Shown piece after piece: positions 11,067-20,451 of a stretch of 64,000 nt of DNA (within the stretch, counting starts at the first letter, position 1; the number at the start of each line of letters is the position of its first letter). The notes below the pieces were generated by a model. The model did not search any database and had not been told where the DNA came from. It saw nothing but the letters and a program-made list of their open reading frames with translations. Origin of the DNA: Beijerinckiaceae bacterium. Lineage in GTDB: Bacteria; Pseudomonadota; Alphaproteobacteria; Rhizobiales; Beijerinckiaceae. The position numbers and the translations under genes are program-made. Where the stretch lies: the NCBI GenBank assembly GCA_965283735.1, contig CBDIPN010000001.1, positions 2,033,205 through 2,097,204 on the forward strand, written 5' to 3'.

Positions 11067-12861
11067 ATGCAGTCCTCATCCCGAACCGGCTTGTCTCGGA
11101 AGCTTCGGAGACAGCAACCTTGCAGGGAGGAGACGCTCGGCGAGGAGGCATTCTCAGCGATCGATCGCATGCGCGAAGCGGCGACAGCGAAGCTCACCGG
11201 CGGGTTTTCGCCGATGGCCCTGACGCTGGCCTATCTCGACTGGGCTATCCATCTCGCAGCCGCGCCCGGCAAGCAGCTCGAACTCGCAGCCAAGGCGGCG
11301 CGCAAGGCCGCCCGCCTGGGCGGACATGTCGCATCGGGGCTTTTCCAGCCGAAGGCCGATCCCTGCATCGCGCCGCTGCCCGGCGACCGCCGCTTCGCGG
11401 CGCCGGAATGGAGCAGGCCGCCCTTTGGCTTCATGGCGCAGGCGTTCCTGCTCAACCAGCAATGGTGGCACAACGTCACGCATGAGGTGCCAGGCGTGGA
11501 GCCTCACCATGAGGAGGTGGTCTCTTCGTCGCCCGCCAGCTCCTCGACATGTTCTCCCCCGCGAACAACCCCTTGACCAACCCGGAGGTGATCGCGCGTG
11601 CCCGCGAGACCGGCGGCGCCAATTTCGTCGAGGGCTGGAGGAACTGGATCGAGGATCTGCAACGGCAGCTCGCCGGACAGCCTCCTGTCGGCGCCGAACG
11701 CTTCGTCGTCGGCCGGGACGTGGCGGCGACGCCCGGCAAGGTCGTCTTCCGCAACCACCTGATCGAACTGATCCAGTACGCGCCGGCGACGCCGACCGTC
11801 CGCGCCGAGCCGATCCTGATCGTCCCGGCCTGGATCATGAAGTACTATATCCTCGATCTGTCGCCGGAGAATTCGCTAGTGCGCTACCTCGTTGGCGCCG
11901 GGTACACGGTCTTCTGCATCTCCTGCGCAACCCCGATGCCGACGACCGAGAACTCGCTCTCGATGACTATCGCCGCAGCGGGGTGATGGCTGCGCTGGAT
12001 GCCATCGCTGCGATCATGCCCGGTCGCAAGGTTCACGCTGCCGGATACTGTCTGGGCGGCACGCTTCTGGCGATCGCAGCCGCGGCGATGGTGCGCGACG
12101 CCGACGGGCGACTGGCATCGCTGACCTTCCTCGCGGCCCAGACCGATTTCAGCGAGCCAGGTGAGCTTGCGCTGTTCATCGATACGAGCGAACTGCGCTT
12201 TCTCGACAGCATGATGTGGAACCGCGGCTACCTGTCGGCCGACCAGATGGCCGCGGCCTTTCAGCTCCTGCGCTCGAACGATCTGATCTGGTCGCGGCTG
12301 GTGCACGACTATCTGATGGGGGAACGCTCCCCGATGTTCGATCTGATGGCCTGGAACGCGGATTCCACGCGCATGCCCTATCGCATGCAGGCGGAATACC
12401 TGCGCGGCCTCTATCTCGACAACGATCTGGCGAGCGGCCGCTTCATGGTGGAGGGACGACCTGCGGCGCTCCAGAATATCCGCACACCGACCTTCGCGGT
12501 CGCGACCGAGCGCGACCATGTCGCGCCGTGGCGTTCGGTCCACAAGCTGCACCTGTTGATCGATGCCGACTTGACCTTCGTGCTGACGAGTGGCGGGCAC
12601 AATGCGGGAATTGTCAGCAAGCCCGGTCATCCCGGGCGCCGGTATCGGATGCTCGCGAAGAAGCATGGCGATATCTGCCTCGGTCCCGACGAGTGGTTTG
12701 CCGCAGCGCGGACACGCGAAGGCTCGTGGTGGGAGGCCTGGACGGAATGGCTCGAGGGCTTATCGTCGCCCGAGCAGGTCGTGCCACCCGCGTTCGGTGA
12801 CGCTGGAAGCGGACGAGAACCGCTCTGCGATGCACCGGGAACCTATGTGCTGCAAAGGTGA
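11067..12861 (+). pseudogene. phaC: class I poly(R)-hydroxyalkanoate synthase, two frameshifts
   Basis: Pieces lie in ORFs 11067.., 11549.. and 11326..12861. Motifs seen: [23 protein letters not shown], lipase box GYCLGG, and C-terminal GGHNAGIVS. Shifts occur at about 11525 (TTT->TT) and about 11925 (TGG->TG). Confidence 0.85.
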
Positions 12862-12864
12862 GCC

Positions 12865-14090
12865 GTGGACCAGGAGCTCCTCACCAACCGGACGTTCGAC
12901 GAGATCGCGATCGGCGAAAGCGCGTCGCCGTCCGCATCGTCCGGCCTGACGACGTCGAGCTGTTCGCTTCCGTCTCGGAGGATGCCAACCCCGCCCATCT
13001 GGATGCAGCCTTCGCTGCGGCTGATCCGTTCGGGCATGTCGTGGCGCACGGCATGTGGACCGCGGCGCTGGTCTCGGCGGTGCTCGGCACGAAGCTGCCC
13101 GGACCAGGTACGATCTATCTCGGGCAGGATCTGCGCTTCCTGAAGCCGGTCACGCCCGGCAATACCATTACGGCGACCGTCACGGTCCGAAGCTAGGAGG
13201 CGTCGAAGCGAGCCGTCGTGCTGGATACCGCTTGCTCCAACCAGCGCGGCGAAACGGTTCTGTCCGGCACGGCGACGGTGATGGCACCCGGCCAATGCGC
13301 GACCCGGCCGCGCCTGCGCCTTTCCGAAGTCACGCTGAAGCATTCCGATCGCTACGACAGCATCATGGCACAAGCCCGTGTCCTGCCGTCGTTGAGCGCC
13401 GCGATCGTCCATCCCTGCTCGCCGGAAGCCATCCTGGCCGCGATCGAAGTCCGTGACGAGGGGCTGTTGCAGCCGCTCCTCGTCGGCCCGGAGGCGAAGA
13501 TCCAGGCTGCCGCGGCCGCGCGCGCCGTCGAGCTTGCGGTATCGGGCCAGGCGGCGGCCCTCATGAAGGGCAGCTTTCATTCGGATGAGTTGCTCGGCGC
13601 CGTCGTCGCTTCAGGCTCCGGCCTCACCACCGAACGCCGCATCCGCCATGTCTATGCGATGAGCCTGCCAGCCTATCCCAAGCCGCGGCTTGTGGAGGAT
13701 TTGCTCTACCGCCGCAGTGGCCTGCTCGGCGTATCCGGGATCAGTCCCGACAGCCGCGATCTCCTCGACAGCGAAAGGCCTGAAGCGCATGAGGCTCTCG
13801 ACCTGTTTTGCTTCCGCATCGCGGGGGAGGTGGGCCGGCTTGCGGCAACGCTGGGCGGGTTCGATGCGATCGTCTTCACTGCCGGAATTGGCGAGCATCA
13901 GCCGCCAATCCGCGCCGCCGTGGCGAGGCGGTTGAAATGGTTGGGTCTCGAACTCGACGAGGCCGCCAATGCGGCGAATGCAACCCGGATCAGCCGGACC
14001 GATGCTCCTGTGGCGGCTTTCGTAATCCCGACCGACGAGGAAGCTGTTATCGCCGAGGATGCATTGGCGCTGGTAAGACCAACCGCATAG
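12865..14090 (+). pseudogene. degenerate MaoC-dehydratase/phosphate acetyltransferase fused in frame to an acetate kinase 3' fragment
   Basis: MaoC hot-dog (DANPAHLD..GTIYLGQDLRF) carries a frameshift at about 12928 and an in-frame TAG at 13194-13196. A Pta-like segment follows (ALMKGSFHSDELL). From about 13685 the sequence matches an AckA C-terminus (GLLGVSG..VFTAGIGEH..VIPTDEE). Confidence 0.7.
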
Positions 14091-14143
14091 CCGTCTGAGC
14101 CGAATGGTGGAAACTCGACTCAGACAGGCTTCCGGATAGAGAC

Positions 14144-14545
14144 TTAGGCTGCGGCTTTGTGATTGCCAGTCCAGCCCGACACGTACTGGGCGCCGACCCC
14201 GGTCCAGGCATCCACGTTCTTCCGCGCGAGCGTCGACAATTTCTCGGCCTCGTCGGCATAGGCGCCGCCGACGCCTTTGGCGAAGTCCTGCTGGGCGTCC
14301 ACCGCCTCGCCGATTTCCTTGCAGCGGCCGAGCTTGGCGCAGAATTCGGCCTGGGCTTGCATGCGGCGGCCCATGAACGCCAGGATTTCCGAGGTGATCG
14401 CGAGCTGGGTCTCCCAGATCTTCTGCGGCAGCACGGTTGTTGCGGCGAGCTGGGCTTTGACCATCTGCATGCCTTCATCGACCATGGCGGTGGTGCCGAT
14501 CTGGTCCGGCGCGAGAGAGTTGGAGACAGGCTTCGTCATAGGCAT
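14144..14545 (-). CDS. phasin family protein
   Basis: 133 aa with helical, phasin-like composition. AGGAGG lies 5 nt upstream of the ATG. Next to phaC. Confidence 0.7.
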   Translation of the reverse strand: MPMTKPVSNSLAPDQIGTTAMVDEGMQMVKAQLAATTVLPQKIWETQLAITSEILAFMGRRMQAQAEFCAKLGRCKEIGEAVDAQQDFAKGVGGAYADEAEKLSTLARKNVDAWTGVGAQYVSGWTGNHKAAA

Positions 14546-14618
14546 GGGAACCTCCTGAATTGTCTCATTCGCCTGAATGGCGGCGATGGAGAGTTTCCTC
14601 CGGGGGCTTCATCGGGTC

Positions 14619-14632
14619 TTTGACGCAACGCA
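14619..14632. promoter_or_regulatory. weak FNR/FixK-like box TTGACGCAACGCAA
   Basis: TTGA-N6-GCAA, the same right-half deviation as the xfp box. Lies between the divergent phasin and NUDIX genes. Confidence 0.3.
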
Positions 14633-14659
14633 AAATTCGGAGGCGGTGGAATTACTTCG

Positions 14660-15148
14660 ATGGCTTCGTCCAGTGCCGGAATTCTCATGTATCGCGTTGC
14701 GGAGGAAGGTGCCGAGGTTCTCCTCGTCCACCCGGGCGGCCCGTTCTGGCGGCGCAAGGATTTGGGTGCCTGGTCGATTCCCAAGGGCGAGCCGCATCCG
14801 GGCGAGGCCGCGGAGGAAACCGCGCGACGTGAATTCGCCGAGGAACTGGGAACCATGCCTGAAGGGCCGCTCGCTCCGCTCGGATGCATTCGACAAAGGT
14901 CCGGGAATATCGTCGAAGGCTTTGCCATCGAGGGCGACCTGGACACGGAGCGGATTCGTTGTGGTAGTGAGGTTGAGATGGAATGGCCGCGTGGCAGCGG
15001 TCGGATTCACCGATTTCCCGAAATCGACCGTGCGGCTTGGTTCTCACTTCCGGAAGCACGGTTGCGCATCCTGGCGGCGCAAGGTGATCTTATCGAGCGT
15101 CTCGAGAAAAAATTACTCGATGAAACGCTTTGTCCTATCGATCAGTGA
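14660..15148 (+). CDS. NUDIX hydrolase
   Basis: Nudix box GEPHPGEAAEETARREFAEELG (GX5EX7REUXEEXG pattern). Confidence 0.85.
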   Translation: MASSSAGILMYRVAEEGAEVLLVHPGGPFWRRKDLGAWSIPKGEPHPGEAAEETARREFAEELGTMPEGPLAPLGCIRQRSGNIVEGFAIEGDLDTERIRCGSEVEMEWPRGSGRIHRFPEIDRAAWFSLPEARLRILAAQGDLIERLEKKLLDETLCPIDQ

Positions 15149-15356
15149 GCTGCCGTTGTGACGATTCGCGGCAAAATGGGATAACGTTTGACGTCGTTCT
15201 TTTGTCTTTTTCCTTAAGTAATATCGTCAATGCCTCTTCGATCGATTTTCGTAAATTCTGATCGAACGTTGATCGGCCCATCACGCAAAAATAAGCGCTC
15301 AGAAGCAGGGTGTTGCACTGGTCGTAATCGGATTGAGAGCCGACCTTCTTCGACAT
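15135..15356 (-). CDS. small hypothetical protein in an AT-rich islet
   Basis: 73-aa ORF in visibly AT-richer DNA than its surroundings. No family recognised. Confidence 0.25.
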   Translation of the reverse strand: MSKKVGSQSDYDQCNTLLLSAYFCVMGRSTFDQNLRKSIEEALTILLKEKDKRTTSNVIPFCRESSQRQLTDR

Positions 15357-15792
15357 TGTTGACCTCGCACGCCACGCGATCTTTCGGATTCAATCGGCAA
15401 CGAGCGTTACATGGAAGCGCTGCGCCGGGTTCAAGACCTTGCAGCCGGGATGAAGTTGCGTCCTTGGATGCAGCCGAACTCCTACTCAGCCGGACAACCT
15501 CTTATCGCCAGTGCCCGGCTTCTCGTATTCGGGGAAGCGGCAATCGCACTTGCCGGGCTGCGCGCCGATCCGTTCGATGTGGCCGCTCGGCCAAATCCTG
15601 AACACGCTTCCGTCGTCGCGCATGAGGTATGCCGGGATCAGAGCGGAATGGGTTCTTCGAATACTTTGCTCTTCCTGTTTCGCCAGCCGTGTCGCAAGCA
15701 TGATCGCTCCTCGACATGAGTTAGCCGTCGAGATTGCCCGGAGGGACCGGCCGAGACGCGGATCGCGGCCGGTCTGCTTTTCCCGGAAGCCC

Positions 15793-16440
15793 TCAGGCCA
15801 CTGCGAGACGGTCCTCGACGATCGCGACCCCGGGAGCGGCCCAGGCAGCTCGTTCTGCGAGCACGCGTTCGTGCCATGCGCTCACCTTGCCCTCGAGAGT
15901 CACGCGGCCGCCCGAAACGAGAACGCGGATCTGGTTCGCCTCGAGTTCGGCATTGCGCTTCAAAGCGTCCTCGATCCGGTGCTTGATGTCGCCGGCCTGG
16001 ACGGTGGGCTTGATGGTGATGTTGTTGGTGATGCCAGTCACGCCCGACAGCTTCCGAACGGCGGTTTGCGCGGCACTGCTCTGGAAGTACCACGGGACCT
16101 CGCCGGTCAGGGTGACCCAGCCCTTCTGCACCTTGAGCTGGACCTTGCCGTTGGGAATCGTGGTATCCCATTCGATGATCTTGAGCGCGCGCTGCGCGAT
16201 CTCGTCATCGTTGGTTTTCTGATCGCTCGGCCAGCGGACCTCGATTTCCTGTGCGATCGCCCGAACGCCTTTCACGCGTTGGACCACACGCTCGGCCATC
16301 AGCTTTTCGGCGTAGCTGCCGACATGTCCGGATAAGGTGACGACGCCATTGTCGGCGGCGACGCCGATATGGGCCGCATTGACGCTTGGCTCGAATTCCA
16401 ACTCGTTCAGCACGCTTTCGCGAAGAGATAAATCACCCAT
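15793..16440 (-). CDS. BON domain-containing protein (OsmY-like, three BON repeats)
   Basis: Repeated pattern V.V..G.VTL.G.V ... A......V.GV..I.N.I. AGGAGG RBS. Confidence 0.85.
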   Translation of the reverse strand: MGDLSLRESVLNELEFEPSVNAAHIGVAADNGVVTLSGHVGSYAEKLMAERVVQRVKGVRAIAQEIEVRWPSDQKTNDDEIAQRALKIIEWDTTIPNGKVQLKVQKGWVTLTGEVPWYFQSSAAQTAVRKLSGVTGITNNITIKPTVQAGDIKHRIEDALKRNAELEANQIRVLVSGGRVTLEGKVSAWHERVLAERAAWAAPGVAIVEDRLAVA

Positions 16441-16496
16441 GGCAGCCTCCTGTGTTTGGGTGTATCTTCAGTTTGGTTATCTATACGCTTATTACA

Positions 16497-16510
16497 TTGA
16501 TAATTATCAA
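16497..16510. promoter_or_regulatory. FNR/FixK box TTGATAATTATCAA (perfect palindrome)
   Basis: Exact TTGAT-N4-ATCAA consensus, centred about 63 bp upstream of the BON gene ATG. Confidence 0.65.
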
Positions 16511-16566
16511 TAATTCGGCGCTGAAAATTCGACATATGTTTGCGTGATCTCTGGTGGGGATCATCC

Positions 16567-17397
16567 TCAATGCGACATCAAGCAGGGTATTGGCGAATGG
16601 GCGAGAAGATCGCCCGTAACGCCCCCGAAAACCCATTCTCGCATCCGGGTGTGCCCGTAAGCGCCCGACACGATCAGGTCGCTACCTTCCTCGAGCGCAG
16701 CATCTACGATGGTGTCGGCGCAGGAGCCCGACAGCGACGCGCGCGCCAAGTGCCGACTGGCAATACCGTGGCGCGCGAGGTGCGCGCAGACATCCTCCGT
16801 GCCCGCCGTGCTTGCTTCTTCGTCAACGGAAAGCACCGTCACGGTTTCGGCGCGTTGGAGAAATGGCAGGGCATCGAGCACGGCGCGCCGCGCTTCCCGC
16901 GTGTCCTTCCAGGCTACGATGACACTCCGGGCGAATATCTCCCGGCAGTCATGCGGGACGACAAGCACGGGGCGGCCCAATCGTAAGACTGCTTCGCTGG
17001 GGTCGATCGTCATGAGCCGATGGGAAGTTCCCGAAGACGACCTTGCGACGACCACGAGATCGGCGGCGCGTGCCTGGTTGACGATGAACGAGTTGGGCTC
17101 TTCGATACTCCAGCGCCACTCGACGTCCGGTAGCGAGCCGGCGCCACGTCGGAAGTTCGCCTCTGCTTGCCCGAGATCTTCCATAGCGGCTTTTCGGGCG
17201 TTCTCGACCAGGATCGGACGCGCGGTACCTAAACCGTCTTCGAGATAGGGGATTGCTGCCTCCTCGGCGGCTACGCCGATCAGGCGGCTGCCGAAACGGG
17301 ACGCGAGCGAGACGGCCAGCGCGACACGGTTTTCGGCGTCGTTCGACGGTCCCACGCAAACCATGATGCTGGCGAAGTTGCGAATGTTCGAACTCAT
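16567..17397 (-). CDS. universal stress protein (tandem UspA domains)
   Basis: DLIVSGAYGHTRMREWVFGGVT. Start MSSNIRNF at 17397. Confidence 0.85.
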   Translation of the reverse strand: MSSNIRNFASIMVCVGPSNDAENRVALAVSLASRFGSRLIGVAAEEAAIPYLEDGLGTARPILVENARKAAMEDLGQAEANFRRGAGSLPDVEWRWSIEEPNSFIVNQARAADLVVVARSSSGTSHRLMTIDPSEAVLRLGRPVLVVPHDCREIFARSVIVAWKDTREARRAVLDALPFLQRAETVTVLSVDEEASTAGTEDVCAHLARHGIASRHLARASLSGSCADTIVDAALEEGSDLIVSGAYGHTRMREWVFGGVTGDLLAHSPIPCLMSH

Positions 17398-17484
17398 CGC
17401 GGGGCCTTCGTGTGCGAGGATCACGCTGAACGGCGGCTCAGCGCGGAGGAGGAACCAGGATTCGCTGCTTCACCCGCGAGCGGG

Positions 17485-17865
17485 TTATTTCAGCTTCATC
17501 GAGGCAACCTGGAACGGCAGCAGAACCCCATCCTCGGCATTTCTGATCGAGATATAGTCGCCCGCTCCGAAGCGATGGCCGTCGAACCGGAACCCGGGCT
17601 CATCGTCGGCAGTGCCGGCATCGTCATAGTCGATGCACCAGGTTGCCCCACCCGATCCGCCGGCCCGATGCACCAGCCAACCGTATCGATCGGCTTCACC
17701 AGCCCAGAAGCGTCGGACACGGCACTTGTCACGGTTTCGCTGCCAGGCTTTGGGATCAAGATGGAGTTTCGCGTCCAATGGTGCGTGAATCTCGTATCCA
17801 CAGCCTGGGTGCCCGTCCGGATGGGTGGGCGTTCGCGCAAGATGGAGTGTGACGACATACATCAT
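17485..17865 (-). CDS. hypothetical protein (no family recognised)
   Basis: 126-aa ORF with normal coding GC pattern, tightly packed between hsp20 and usp. Confidence 0.5.
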   Translation of the reverse strand: MMYVVTLHLARTPTHPDGHPGCGYEIHAPLDAKLHLDPKAWQRNRDKCRVRRFWAGEADRYGWLVHRAGGSGGATWCIDYDDAGTADDEPGFRFDGHRFGAGDYISIRNAEDGVLLPFQVASMKLK

Positions 17866-17974
17866 TGGCTTTCTCCCGGATCGCTACGGAAGTGCTCACT
17901 GATCGCTCGGCATATCGGCAAGCGCCCAGGATACTCTCGCGAATGCGAGCGCTTGCGGCGCGATGCCGACGGCG

Positions 17975-18508
17975 TCAGGCCGCCTTGACGGGGATGACCT
18001 CTTCCTTCGGCTGAGACCTCGCCTGCCGCGGCACCTTGATTGTCAGGATGCCGTTGGCGAAGTTCGCGTCGATCTTGTCGGCGGCGATATCGTCGGGCAT
18101 GCGAAATGAACGGAAGAAGGAACCATAGCGGCGCTCGGATACATAGGTGTCCTCGTCCTTCCGCTCCTTCTCGCTTTTCTTCTCGCCGCTGATCGTCAGA
18201 ACGCCTTCGGATAGCTTGACCTGCACGTCAGCCGGGGCCATGCCCGGGAGCTCGGCGGTGATCTCGTAGAGATTGTCCGTCTTGGACACGTCGACTGCGG
18301 GGACACTTCCCCAACGCTCGAAGCGGGGCAGGGATAGGTCGAAGGAAGGCGCGCTCGCGAACGGATGTCGGCCCGAGCGAAAGCCGAAAGTGTCGAATAG
18401 TCGCTCCATCTCGTTCCAAAAGCCTTCGAGGCCCGCCGGCTCGGCTCGGCGAGGCGAAGGCACACGGGTTTCACTCTTGATTGGAAGCTTGGTTGCTGCT
18501 CCTGCCAT
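17975..18508 (-). CDS. Hsp20/alpha-crystallin family small heat-shock protein
   Basis: Alpha-crystallin domain PAVDVSKTDNLYEITAELPG..GILTIKVP. The ATG at 18508 is preceded by AGGAGG. Confidence 0.9.
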   Translation of the reverse strand: MAGAATKLPIKSETRVPSPRRAEPAGLEGFWNEMERLFDTFGFRSGRHPFASAPSFDLSLPRFERWGSVPAVDVSKTDNLYEITAELPGMAPADVQVKLSEGVLTISGEKKSEKERKDEDTYVSERRYGSFFRSFRMPDDIAADKIDANFANGILTIKVPRQARSQPKEEVIPVKAA

Positions 18509-18642
18509 AACGGCCTCCTGTGAGACGATGGCGAGCGGTGCGGTAGAGCCGCGAAGATCGTGCCGCTCAATCAAAGCCCGGTATCTGGCGTGCGGCCAAC
18601 CGGACCGATGCGTGAACCAAGCACGGATCTCGGTCGGTCACT

Positions 18643-18656
18643 TTGAGAGAAATCAA
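18643..18656. promoter_or_regulatory. FNR/FixK-like box TTGAGAGAAATCAA
   Basis: TTGA-N6-TCAA core upstream of hsp20. Confidence 0.45.
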
Positions 18657-18683
18657 AAACGAAATGATCGGAGAGCGAACTGC

Positions 18684-18960
18684 TCAGGGCCTGCGATCAT
18701 GGGCGAACCGGCGCCGCTTCCAAGCGAGCCGGAAACGCCACTCTTTCGGCCCTGCAAGCGTTCGCAACGCGTTGAGAATGACCGCGATATCGATGCCCTC
18801 CTGAAGAAGGGCCCCGGCCACGGGAGGGATCAAGCCGAAGGCCGCGAAAGCCATGGCAATGCCCGACAGGCCGAGACCGACAACAATGCTCTGCCGCGCG
18901 ATGTGGTGGGTCCGTTGCGCGATCGCGACGGCTTCCGTCAAACCATTGCAGCGGAAACAA
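18684..18960 (-). pseudogene. C-terminal remnant of a heavy-metal P-type ATPase
   Basis: LTEAVAIAQRTHHIARQSIVVGLGLSGIAMAFAAFGLIPPVAGALLQEGIDIAVILNALR matches the last two TM helices of P1B ATPases. Nothing upstream is collinear with the family. Confidence 0.7.
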
Positions 18961-19014
18961 ATGCTGTGTGAAGCGAGCCAGGCTTGCTTGTGGCGGGGCT
19001 CTTCGGGTGATGAA

Positions 19015-19080
19015 GCCGACCCCGCTAATGGCGTTCCAGCCTCCTGACGAAGCAGTTGGAACGCCATTAGCGGGGTCGGC
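19015..19080. repeat. perfect inverted repeat, 24-bp arms, 18-nt loop
   Basis: GCCGACCCCGCTAATGGCGTTCCA (19015-19038) is the exact reverse complement of 19057-19080. Confidence 0.95.
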
Positions 19081-19091
19081 CGCAGGCGGGC

Positions 19092-19123
19092 TTGCATTTA
19101 GTCGATATATATTATATTTAATT
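19092..19123 (+). promoter_or_regulatory. putative promoter with AT-rich BigR-type operator
   Basis: TTGCAT is followed by the near-palindromic GATATATATTATATTTAATT, immediately upstream of blh. It is the only strongly AT-rich stretch here. Confidence 0.45.
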
Positions 19124-19155
19124 GTAAAGTGATTTCTGCTGAGAGGATGCTCACG

Positions 19156-20451
19156 ATGACTGCCGTCAAGATCGACGACCGGCTGACGATCGCCAGTCAG
19201 CCGAGGCAGGAGGCGCTCGCCACGCTGGCAGCGACCGGCTTCGCCACCATTATCAACAACCGACCCGACGGTGAGGAAACTGGACAACCCAGCAGCGCCG
19301 CCGAGAAGGCGATTCTCGAGCAGTCGGGTCTTGTTTATCGCTTCATTCCGGTGACGGCGACGACGATCACCGAAGCCGATATCCGCTCCTTCCAAGAGGC
19401 AGTGTCGGGGGCCAAGGGGCGCGTCTACGCCCATTGCCGCAGCGGCACGCGATCATTGACGCTGCACGTGCTGGGCGAGGTGCTGGCAGGGCGAATGAAG
19501 CCCGGCGAGGTTGAGGCTTTCGGTCGCGCGCACGGCTTCGATCTCTCGGGCGCGGTGCAGTGGCTCGCCCGGAATGCGGCCAAGGCGCCGCAAGTTAAGG
19601 GCTTCTACGAGCCGCGCACCGGCAGCATCCAGTATGTCGTAACCGATCCGAAGACGAGGCGCTGCGCGATCATCGACCCGGTCTATGAGTTCGATGAGAA
19701 GTCCGGCGCGACCGCCACGCATCAGGCCGACACGATCCTCGCCTATGTGGCGCGCGAGGGGCTCACCGTCGAGTGGATTCTCGACACCCATCCCCACGCC
19801 GATCACTTCTCGGCCGCTCATTATCTCAAGCAGAAAACAGGCGCCCGGACAGCCATCGGCGCGCGCGTCACGGATGTCCAGAAGCTCTGGCAGGGCCTCT
19901 ACAACTGGCCGGAACTGGCGATCGACGGTTCGCAATGGGATCGACTCTTCGCCGAAGGCGACAGCTTCAAGGTGGGAGAACTCTCGGGGCGCGTGATGTT
20001 CTCGCCCGGCCATACCCTTGCCTCCGTGACCTATGTGATCGGTGACGCGGCATTCGTGCACGATACGATCTTCATGCCGGATTCCGGCACGGCGCGCGCG
20101 GATTTCCCGGGCGGCAGCGCCCGGGCCCTGTGGGCGTCGATCCAGGCGATCCTGGCCCTGCCGGAAGAGACGCGCTTGTTCACCGGGCACGACTACGAGC
20201 CTGGCGGGCGCGGCGCCAGATGGGAGAGCACCGTGGGCGAGCAAAAGCGTGCAAACCCGCATCTCGTCAATATGACGGAGGAGCGCTTCGTCGCGCTGCG
20301 GGAAGCGCGCGACCGCACCCTGCCGATGCCGAAGCTGATCTTGCATGCACTCCAGGTCAACATCCGCGGCGGCCGGCTGCCGGAGCCCGAAGCCAACGGA
20401 AGGCGCTATCTCAAATTCCCGCTCGATGCGCTCTCGGGGGCCGCATGGTGA
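19156..20451 (+). CDS. blh: bifunctional DUF442 sulfurtransferase-like / MBL-fold persulfide dioxygenase (Blh-type)
   Basis: N-terminal DUF442-like segment (HCRSGTRS). MBL motif THPHADHF. ETHE1-like C-terminal half. Confidence 0.8.
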   Translation: MTAVKIDDRLTIASQPRQEALATLAATGFATIINNRPDGEETGQPSSAAEKAILEQSGLVYRFIPVTATTITEADIRSFQEAVSGAKGRVYAHCRSGTRSLTLHVLGEVLAGRMKPGEVEAFGRAHGFDLSGAVQWLARNAAKAPQVKGFYEPRTGSIQYVVTDPKTRRCAIIDPVYEFDEKSGATATHQADTILAYVAREGLTVEWILDTHPHADHFSAAHYLKQKTGARTAIGARVTDVQKLWQGLYNWPELAIDGSQWDRLFAEGDSFKVGELSGRVMFSPGHTLASVTYVIGDAAFVHDTIFMPDSGTARADFPGGSARALWASIQAILALPEETRLFTGHDYEPGGRGARWESTVGEQKRANPHLVNMTEERFVALREARDRTLPMPKLILHALQVNIRGGRLPEPEANGRRYLKFPLDALSGAAW

